Assembly: GCA_002633005.1 (NCBI GenBank) | Contig: NMRA01000045.1 | Span: 229,456-293,455, forward strand | Source of the DNA: Phoronis australis | Lineage: Eukaryota; Animalia; Phoronida | Direction of reading: 5' to 3' | Length of the DNA stretch: 64,000 nt | In this document: positions 40,301 to 64,000 of the stretch, in pieces | Layout of the letters: every line of letters begins with the position of its first letter | Numbering within the stretch: the first letter of the stretch is position 1 | Program-made: the position numbers and the translations under genes | Notes under the pieces: generated by a model | Database searches by the model: none | Told to the model about the DNA's origin: nothing | Seen by the model: the letters and a program-made list of their open reading frames with translations, nothing else

Positions 40301-43300
40301 CAATTGGAAAATGAGAGAATCATAGAAACAATTATATATTAAATGACCAGAAGCAAGTGAGTAATGTGACATGATCAATGAACAATGCGTGTAGACTAAC
40401 CTGTCACTACTGAGAGTGGCCACATATTCATTGAGAGGGTCCCACGCTACACCTTGGACAAAACTTTTATGGTCTTTAACAACCAACATGTTAACACCTG
40501 AAAAAAGTGAAAAAATGCAAAATTGTCTGCATGAAAATTTCAGTTACAATCGATACGTTTGTGATTTTCACAAGAACTGTTGAGTTGGAAAATGCAGCCT
40601 AATATCGAACCACTAGCTACAACTAAAGATAATATATATAATTATGTAGTGCAACTACAGACTACACAAACTTGTAATGCAGGAAGCAAGTTGAAAATTA
40701 GACAGCACGGCAAACAGGCGTATCTTGTAATTCTCTAGAATATGCCCACACCAAAACACAGAATTGTTTTTGAATTGTTTTAAGTTATGCACCCTGTCGT
40801 TTAATGCTCAGTCAGCTAAGGTTCTAGCAAACTTTTTTTTAGAAAAATTCATTGCCAATGCTGAACTGCAGCATATAATCAGTCAACATCTACTAACAAA
40901 AGAAAGTCCCAGTGAAATTTAAACCCCTAAGAACAGTTTTAATGTAAAAAAGTTAGTTTTCACATCTACTGGCACGACATCTGCCGACCAGATTGTGACC
41001 AGGTCACAATGTCTCCCGATGAAACTTTATTAGTTTTGTTGCGTTATTAACACATTTTAATGTTTATCAAAAAGTGATTTTTATTTATTTGTGCTCACCT
41101 TTTTTGACATCCCAAAGTACAGCGCTGTTATCCACTGACCCACTGATCATAAACTTTCCGTCTGCTGACCAGCAAATATCAGAAACGTCCTCTAAGTGAC
41201 CTCTGCAAAATGTGAATAGATTAAACACAGTGCACATAATTTACTATGACTATGATGTATAAACAAAACAAAACAACGCGTTTCAATGGATTAGCAAATA
41301 AATGCCATTTTTTGCAAGTGGCGAATGTGCTGTCATTCATATTTTCGAGCGGACATTTTCGCCCATGTTGAGTGCCGATAACAATTAAATAAACAAGGGT
41401 TTGGTTAACCCAGGACATGACAAATGGCATACAGATGTCAGATATGCCGTTACAATGGAAATTTTTATTTGATAAATTCTAGCACGTTCTGCACTCTGTA
41501 CCTGAGTACTTTGAAGACAGACCAGGTTTCTTTGTTTTCTAGTTCATCATCATCAAACAGCTGCCCACCTTGGTTTGAGTTAAATTTCCACAACATGACA
41601 ACAGCGTCTAAAACAGAATGTCACATGAAGAAATCTCATCTTCTGCTATCAGGCAATGTCGAAACCGCCACATCCCAAATATCATGACGCCAATCAATTT
41701 CTGCAGTATTTGCCCCGAATGGTGTGCATCTGGAGGGCAATTTACATGCACATCAAAATTGACACCAAATAATTTCAATTCTTATGTGACTCTACTCAGA
41801 AGCAGTCACCAGGTGGCGACACCATCTCGACCATGACTTGCCTCACCTAGAACTGCCAAACAAGTTGTCATGGAAATCGCCATGTCATGAGTCTGCTCAA
41901 AAATAGTTTGACAAAGAAACAATTTACGAAAAAAATGAAGCGGATGTTGTCAAAAACAGAAATGGTCGTTTTGCATTGCGTTTGATGCCAGATATTGCAG
42001 GACTATTGATAGTGCCATGCCTTGCACATACTGCATCTGGTTACAAGTGGAGATAATCTGGATCTATGCCCTAGTGCATTAGCTTACAAAGTAAATAGCA
42101 TGTTATCAGCCCAACATTTGGAAAACTAGGTCAATTATACAACACATTTTCTACCTCTGCTGAGGAGAACTGAATCCAGAATATGCTCATCAGCATTGGT
42201 CTTCAAGCAACATTGAAAGTATACAATGAAAACGATTGCTTATTGGTATTCAGCTAAATTTAATAACGAATTTCATGTACTTGATAATTAATAACAGGTG
42301 GCGTTTCGTTATGGACATTCCACTAGGGGCTATGGCCACATGTCCCGTCAATTAGTTTTATTGCACCTAAAGCCGGTAACGCAGTGATTTATTCATTGCT
42401 ATATGGCTTCTCAAATCATTTGCACTCACGAACACTCCAAAGGCATTACAAATTGCATCTAATGAGACATACTTTGTTTCAGTTTTATATAAGTATTGGT
42501 TAGGGTGAGAATAATTCATTTTGAAATAGAACGCTCAGTAATGAACGCCAACATTGCAACTTGTAATCTCGACTTAGGACGAGCTAGAGCTCATCAGTCC
42601 CGACTTCGCAGGTGGATCGTTAAGTTTTACAGGCTATCCGAATTCGAACAGGAATACAGTGATGAAGAAATACTAGAAAGGCGCCGTGAACAAGCTCAGA
42701 TAACGGAACGTATGAAGTTATTTGGTAAGCCGGCATTCGTCAGGCACTGTCGACGTCTGCAGGCCACAGACACGCAGATGTTTCAGGGCCTCATACTTGA
42801 TATTTACAGGATACATTTCATTCTTCACTACCATGAGCCACTTCCTAAGCATTTCGGACTCTCGAGGAAGTAAAAACAAATGATATACTCGCTTTCCTCG
42901 CAGCTGCTTAGTTCGGACAAGCGGAATCACCATGCACCGCAACATAGCGGCATTCACTCTGCATATGTACCACTGACGTCGCTAGCGTCGTTTCTCACCT
43001 TCCTCATAGGTTACCACGACACCTCTTGGCAAGGTAAGGTCGACCGTATGGGAGGTGACGTGGATATAGACCGATTAAGACGGCAAAAAAGACTAATTAA
43101 ATCAGGTGGCATTCTCCTTTAATTACTCTTTGTATCTTGAAATCAAATTTTGAAAACCTCTTACCATCTCCACCTGATGCAAGGACTTTCCCTGAAAATC
43201 AAAGAAAATTTAATGAACAAGCAAAATCGCTTAAACATGGTTTTCCATGAAAATACATAGCTCCACATGATAAGTAGGTAACAAAAGAAACAGCACAAAA

Positions 43301-45270
43301 TACAATTTCCACATCATGACAGCTGATTCCATTAACAGCAAAACTGGCTTGTAACAGTTATCATAACAGCAAAATTTTAATTACAGAGTGGTTCAGCCAC
43401 CTTAGTTACTTTTATGTTAACTCCCCTTCATTCTATGTCATCAGGGGAGACTATGAATTCGGCATCCACCCAGCCATCATGACAGGAAATTCTGCATCAT
43501 TTTGTTGTGTATTGTAAATAATTCATTGAAAGGATGGATTACAATGAAACTACAATCAGTAACATGCACACTCAGAAGAAAGGCATTCTCTAATTTCTTC
43601 ATCACAGCAAAAAGTAACATTAAATTACATGCTGAAAAACGAATATTCTGCACTATAAAGCTTTTCCACACCAAAATAAAGATTATTAATTAATATGGTT
43701 GTGACTTTGAGTTAATCTTCAAAACTGCCCATGTCTTCTGGAACTGCCATCTATGAAAAATTTTAACTTCTAAATGCATCCAATGGTACCACACGAGAGC
43801 AGGATCCCGCATAGAATTTTGAACAACAAAGTCTTAACAAAGCAACAACATGGATTTCACAATGTTGACTGATGAGATATGTTCATATATGCTCTTAACA
43901 AAATCTCAGGCAAAACTCGAGTGAATACAGTAGAGAGCCTTCAGTCACGAATGAGCAATTTGAGTATATTGTCTGTCACACATGACATCAATGCAATTAC
44001 TCTGGTGTCAGTCAAAACTGTTCACTCGCCTAAACCACTGCACCAAATAGTTACTCAGTAATTGTTCTTAATACTCATGCTCAGCCTAAACAACAAACCC
44101 AAGATTTTTTTTTCACTTTAATGCTGAATCAGTGTTAAAATGATATAAACCTGTCACCAATGTCAATAACAAATTTTTGATTTAGATCTCTTCCCATCTG
44201 AGTGAGAAAGAAATAACGCCATTTTTGTAGTGGTAAGTGAATTAAATAAAATATTGATTCTTGCTTAGAACGTCGGTTCATAGAAGCTTGAGACATTTAT
44301 CGTTATGTAAGACTTTATTGATTAGTCTGTGCGAGCATTACAATTGAAATTTTTGTAATAAAGAAAGATATATTTTCCATAGCAAAACATCAGTGTCAAT
44401 ACCATGACCAAATTTCAAATGATATAAACGTTCAAGATGAAATCATGAAAATGCTGCCATATCCTTTCATTTTATGCAACATTCAAGTTCTCGAGTCCTT
44501 TTTATAGTCCACTATGCATGAAGTAAATTATGCCAAAGTTTCACATGAATCAGACCAATCAATTCTGAGATATGACATTACGAAGCTTGGAATTTTTCTA
44601 CAGTGCTACATAAGCGAGTTCAACAACCATGGTAACAATTACATTATCCTTACCACTAGGAGAGAATCGCACCACATTCACAGTCCGTGTGTGACGGGAC
44701 AAATTAGACAGGAACTCCACGTTGGCCGTTCCCTCGTTGTCACATTTTATTTCCCACAGCTGAAATATTTAAGGTATATTTCACACTTTTTACATGAAAA
44801 CACAACTTTTACATTCTACTCGTCTGTAATAGGAATTTTACCTTTTTAGCCAGTAAGATATCAGTTAACAATAACAATATTAATAAATACGAATTCTGTA
44901 AGTGCTAAACATTAATGTAAAAGATGGCCATGGTATGTTTCAGGAGTGCAAGTACGTTTATTGGAAATAATATACAAGCTGCACAAGAACCATTTTCCCT
45001 CAGCCAGCAAGTGTAATTTATAATCAAAAATTAACAAGCAGGCACTAATTTTTAACAGTAATGCACAAATAATACGATAACTTTATCAACAAATAAGTGA
45101 ACAAAACTCACTAATTGACAAGGCAACCTTGAAACTGAAATACAAACCCTAATATTTCTGTCAGTCCCACAAGTAGCAAGACGCTTGACATCCGAATGGT
45201 TTGGCTGCACATCAATGCTGTAAATGGGGTCCTTGGCGTGCCAAGATATTTCTGGAGTGGTGATCTTCAT
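34167..45270 (-). CDS. CHAF1B: Chromatin assembly factor 1 subunit B (CAF-1 p60), complete spliced CDS, 13 exons, 1764 nt / 587 aa
   Basis: Starts [20 protein letters not shown]; WD40 segments [96 protein letters not shown]; C-terminal B-domain-like RRIxLT motifs; TGA at 34169-34167. All intron phases match. Confidence 0.95.
36072..36228 (-). CDS. CHAF1B: CHAF1B coding exon 12 (two B-domain-like motifs)
   Basis: KRRITLTPV and PRRIALTTL; donor GAG|GTAAGC. Confidence 0.85.
37002..37090 (-). CDS. CHAF1B: CHAF1B coding exon 11 (low-complexity linker)
   Basis: TTTCCAG acceptor, open frame [10 protein letters not shown]...STPK; its phase 0-2 bridges the neighbouring exons. Confidence 0.75.
37372..37540 (-). 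CDS. CHAF1B: CHAF1B coding exon 10
   Basis: [29 protein letters not shown]... Confidence 0.9.
37928..38117 (-). CDS. CHAF1B: CHAF1B coding exon 9
   Basis: ...[45 protein letters not shown]; AAG acceptor, so the 5' boundary is less certain. Confidence 0.86.
38485..38594 (-). CDS. CHAF1B: CHAF1B coding exon 8
   Basis: [26 protein letters not shown]... Confidence 0.9.
39186..39449 (-). CDS. CHAF1B: CHAF1B coding exon 7
   Basis: SCRVYSV...[23 protein letters not shown]...TRGSLSK; AAG acceptor. Confidence 0.9.
39564..39819. mobile_element. MITE with ~30-bp imperfect TIRs (PIF/Harbinger-like)
   Basis: TCAGGGGCCCCTTCCAACAAAACTGACTTAG versus CTTAAGTCAGTTTCTTGGACCTTGTCCCTGA; AT-rich interior rich in CTTAA/TTAAG. 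Confidence 0.65.
40401..40497 (-). CDS. CHAF1B: CHAF1B coding exon 6
   Basis: [32 protein letters not shown]. Confidence 0.92.
41099..41202 (-). CDS. CHAF1B: CHAF1B coding exon 5
   Basis: [34 protein letters not shown]. Confidence 0.92.
41502..41607 (-). CDS. CHAF1B: CHAF1B coding exon 4
   Basis: AVVMLWKFN...[13 protein letters not shown]; phases 1-2. Confidence 0.9.
42286..43122 (+). mobile_element. Transposon remnant (possibly Kolobok-like) in a CHAF1B intron
   Basis: CpG-richer than its flanks; right end ...CTCCT|TTAA; contains an [15 protein letters not shown] reading frame followed by a G|GTAAG donor. Left boundary uncertain. Confidence 0.45.
43165..43191 (-). CDS. CHAF1B: CHAF1B 27-nt microexon
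   Basis: TTTTCAG|GGAAAGTCCTTGCATCAGGTGGAGATG|GTAAGA encodes (G)KVLASGGD(D), the otherwise missing WD40 strand. Confidence 0.88.
44654..44759 (-). CDS. CHAF1B: CHAF1B coding exon 2
   Basis: [35 protein letters not shown]; donor G|GTAAGG. Confidence 0.92.
45148..45270 (-). CDS. CHAF1B: CHAF1B coding exon 1
   Basis: Acceptor CCTAG 3 nt before the ATG; [11 protein letters not shown]...DRNIR; donor AGG|GTTTGT. Confidence 0.92.
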
Positions 45271-45925
45271 GTTCTAGGATAGCATAAGGAAGGAATATAG
45301 ACACAAAGGAAACAACAGTTAAACAAAAAAATATCTAGCTAATAGCTTTTGTCAGAGCCGTATAATATATATATATAGATATATATATCACTGCCTCAAG
45401 GCTACCAGCCGATAAGTTCATGTTGGTACTTAAGAAAAATAGAATTCCATCACTTTCGTTTTTTTTTTAGTTTTGAAGTACACTAAAAGTTTTCGTAGGT
45501 TTAAGAAGAAATTCATTAGTCACATGAGGTAACTAGGAAATGAAATGTCAGAACAGTGCGTTTGTGACATACTCAAGAGCCATTTGCTCGATTTTTGGTT
45601 TGATAAAGTGACATCCTTTGAGACTAGATAATAAGGTGCTCACAGCTACTGACGAAGTGCAACCACTTCTGCCAATTTAATTGAAATGTGCGTCACCTTA
45701 TGAAAAAAGAACTGTGGATTGGAGTATCGGCAAAAACAGAAATTGGCCCACAGAACGCACTCAATTTCATGGTGCTCAAAGTTGACACATCCACAAACTC
45801 AACTGTAAACTAATGGCATTCTTTTTGCAGTGGAAAACCAAATTACGACCTCATTCACGGAAGAGTGTAGTTTTTAATGACAATGACTTTGTATAAAATT
45901 TTTTTATGCTCACCTTTTACTGTTA

Positions 45926-46027
45926 CATTAAGCTCGCTTGGTAGTAGCTAAACTAAGTGCACAGCTGTATAACTATATAGCATTGCACCAAGACTAGCTA
46001 CCGCCAAGCCAGCCAACTAGCTTAATG
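45926..46027. repeat. ~100-bp imperfect palindrome (fold-back MITE-like)
   Basis: CATTAAGCT..CTTGGTAGTAGCTA..GTGCA pairs with TGCAC..TAGCTACCGCCAAG..AGCTTAATG. Confidence 0.65.
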
Positions 46028-46838
46028 AAGACTTAAATGTCAAAACATAGCTAAGAACTGGCATGTGTTAACTTCACACAGACCAGGAAATTTCACACAC
46101 CCTGGGTTTGCTGGTATTAAAATACTAAAAAATGAGCTTATAACGAAGTGAAACAACTACCGATAACTTGTTGTTACATGTACTGAACCCTGTGGAAACA
46201 CAGTTGATTGAAGAATCGAAATAAAAGAAATTTGCTAATAGGTGAGGCTGATCTATTTCATTGCGCTCTCAGTGGACCAATAAGATCATTCCACAAATTT
46301 AGCAGCAGAATAATTGCACAGCAGTAATTTTTAGCACTGCTAATTAACTTATTAGTTTACTTGTGGAAAAGCGAGTTCTTAATGACATCAATTTTGAGAA
46401 AAATTTTGTTTGGCAAGTTTTTTACCAACATGGTCATGGATGCAAAGAAAATACATGAACCTGCATGGTTGAGTTCAATAACGAAAAGTCTCACTAGAAA
46501 AACAGATCTCATGAGAAACGCACGTGTATTTTCAAGGAAAACATGTGATTTTGAGCAGATTTTTTTCGTGACGAGAGGGTTACTGAACTCTTCACTTAGT
46601 CCATGGCTAACCTGGTCGTGTTGCCCGTGCAACTCACACAGTGTCACAGTGACCAGTTACAGTCAGTGTGGGCGAATCAGCGGACACTAGGGTCAAGTAT
46701 CCAAAAACCTATCGCATTTTTCTAACTAGATCATGTCCAAAAGTTTAACTTGATTCTTTGAAAGTTATGTCAGAAATCTAAATTGCAACCTATACGCAGT
46801 GACGGACAAATCAACAAGGACAAAAGAAAAACTTATAC

Positions 46839-46935
46839 CGTACCAGTTGTCAGAATGAATTTGGCGCGAAGTAAATCCCATAATGCACTGCGCACGAGAC
46901 ATCAAACGAGATTTCGTTTCAACATGTCGGCGGTC
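46839..46935. promoter_or_regulatory. Bidirectional CHAF1B/POLQ promoter with E2F and ZNF143/Staf motifs
   Basis: TTTGGCGCGAA (E2F, 46860-46870) and TCCCATAATGCACTGCG (Staf/ZNF143-type, 46876-46892). Minus-strand donors at about 46844/46839 fit a CHAF1B first exon; plus-strand donor AG|GTAAGA at 47052/47053 fits a POLQ first exon. Confidence 0.72.
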
Positions 46936-49157
46936 GTTTCGAAACTCCTATCTGTCTATCGGCATGTTTTGATTTCACAAAAATAGAATTTCATGCATTT
47001 CAGCAATAACGCAGGACGTTGATAGATTTTAAACAAGTATGGCATCAATGAGGTAAGAAAATGGAAACTGAAACCCTGTTCCCGGCATTCTTAAAAGCAG
47101 ATATACGAGTCTACCCATTCGGAACCCAGAACTTGAGTTGAAGGAAGAAACTTGTAGGCCTACAACGCGATATCAAGAGAAGCACGCAACCGCAATTGTT
47201 ATTCGGAACTGAGTTGTGTCTACGGAATGCAACCCTGTATTTAAGTTGTACATTAACGCTGTCTGAATTAGGCCAGCATAGCTGCTAAGACAGCCTTGGT
47301 ACAAAGCTGTACAGCTTTGCACCGATGTGGGGAAAAAGTGGTAAGATAAAATCTGACACAAAATTAGTGTCATTAAAAACTACAGTCTTCCTTGAGTAAA
47401 TTAAATTATTTAATGGTATTGGAAACATGGCGTTCTACCGTTATTCTTCTGCTAAAGTTGTGGAGCGATCTTTAGCGACGGCTTTCGGTGCCATAAAATA
47501 TTGCATCACCTATTGGCAGTTTCCTTTTTCACCGATTCTTCAATCAACTGTTCTTCTTTCACGAGGTTGCGTACACGTCACAACAAATTATCGGATCATT
47601 ATAAGTTTTTAGAATTTTGATACGGAAAAACCGAATCTCAGAAGAAATTTTGCTGCTGCCAAGTTGTTGCAAAAATTTGAGAAATGGCGCGTGCGCGTGA
47701 CACGAGCGTACTGTTTTCAAAACGATGACATACTTTTCATTGTTAGTAAAGGTGGAGAGTTATGCAAGAAAATGACGTTGATTGCATTGTTTTTCACTTA
47801 AGCGGCTGTAACGGCCATGGTGAGTGCCGGTTGATTACCAGATTTTGCATGCACCCCATCTGGTCTTTAGCTTTACATGTTAATAATACAAGTTTCACGG
47901 CGAGGTGACGAGTAGAACTACCCTGGCTGTGTGCAATTTCGGGGTCTACGGAAGAAATACGCACACAGTGGTACCTAGCTGTATTTTGACGATAGTCTTC
48001 ATACAGCTAGCTGGCTGGCTATAATAGACAGTGACCACTAAGTAACGGGCCTGTTATTTAGTTACTGCCTGATTCTCTAAATCCGGGACTGCTGTATCCG
48101 ACCAGTGCCCCTATGGCTATGGGCGCTTCATACGCCAGAAGCTTTTTGTCAAATTATGCCTTGCTGATTAAATCATGAAAGTCACATTGCTATTAGTACC
48201 CATTACACGTAGAGGGACACATTAGGAGACCGTCAATGTCTTTTATTAATTCCCTCCAACTCGAACAACTCCCGTAATCAAACTTTTTTTGAGCAGTCCT
48301 TCGTTCAGTTGCCCAAGTTAGCAACTGGTCATTTTTAACACTGCATGCTAGGAGATATGACGTCAGTTGTTGAGATTTTTGTATATCTTTGAGTTTCAAG
48401 GCTTGGAATTTTTCTCTTTTAAGAGAATTTCCTATTTTTGGTTTTGATTTCTTCTTATTTGATTCCCAGTTTCCTCCTTTTTCATCACTTTTTATCATTA
48501 TTTTGACTTTATTCATGCAAAGGCGTTTATTTCAGTTAAATTTTACAACACAAAAAAGTTTCTATCACACAAGCCTATTTACTTGTGGAATGATACATCA
48601 CCTGGAAATTTTTCCTTTTTTGTCATTGGTCATTCCAAGCCCTGCAAGAGTTTATCTGGAAAAATGTACATTGCAACCCCTCAAATGTGCCTCAAATTTC
48701 TCGCATATACAGGCAGGCTTGTGCTTAAGTTATGCAATAAATTGCATGTGGTGCTTCCATCATATAAAATATATTAAAAATAATTACAGGCAGTCTGATA
48801 CACGTTGTACCAGACGTGCGCAGGCCTCGCATGTGGGCCCATTGCACTGATCACCTGGAAATATTTTTATGCTTTATTAATATATGCTTCCATCATAGGT
48901 GCACCTTGATTTTCATAAAAAATACTATACTGAACTATTTTATTTCACATATGAGCTACACCAGTAGTTTCTTGCCATCTACCAGTATGAGACTGTCTCT
49001 CAATGACCTGAGCAAGAATATAAGAAGGAGTCTAAAACTTGGCTCTCCACTTCAGTACTAAACTCAGGTTGGCAAATCTTAACTTTTCATTTCAGATTTT
49101 GGGTACAATGTTGGTTTAGTGACATTGTACTAGCAGCAGCATTGCTCAGGTGACAAT

Positions 49158-64000
<14,843 letters not shown>

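Noticed and set aside
48193-48850. Overlapping 107-aa and 153-aa ORFs in POLQ intron 1
   Set aside because: Composition follows A/T runs, with no recognisable domain or frame-consistent splice partners; likely repeat-derived or chance.

Overview
AT-rich, intron-rich eukaryotic genomic DNA, probably a bilaterian invertebrate (inferred from gene structure, repeat types and CTCF-like motifs; species not determinable). Three spliced genes were reconstructed by hand with consistent intron phases. (1) TULP4, minus strand: six 5' coding exons at 13703-2572, a putative non-coding first exon near 26336-26440, continuing off the left edge. (2) CHAF1B (CAF-1 p60), minus strand, complete: 13 coding exons at 45270-34167, 587 aa. 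(3) POLQ (DNA polymerase theta), plus strand: N-terminus, helicase-like domain and start of the central domain, from about 47-49 kb off the right edge. CHAF1B and POLQ are head-to-head around a compact promoter with adjacent E2F and ZNF143/Staf motifs. Introns and intergenic DNA hold non-autonomous DNA transposons and MITEs, including a family with 5-bp target duplications and two elements carrying internal tRNA-like Pol III cassettes. There are also tRNA-derived SINE heads, two minisatellites built from splice-site-like sequence and an unexplained three-copy ~332-bp module. Most entries in the ORF track are spurious or exon fragments. I found no clear-cut novel system; the best leads are regulatory or structural and are listed as findings.
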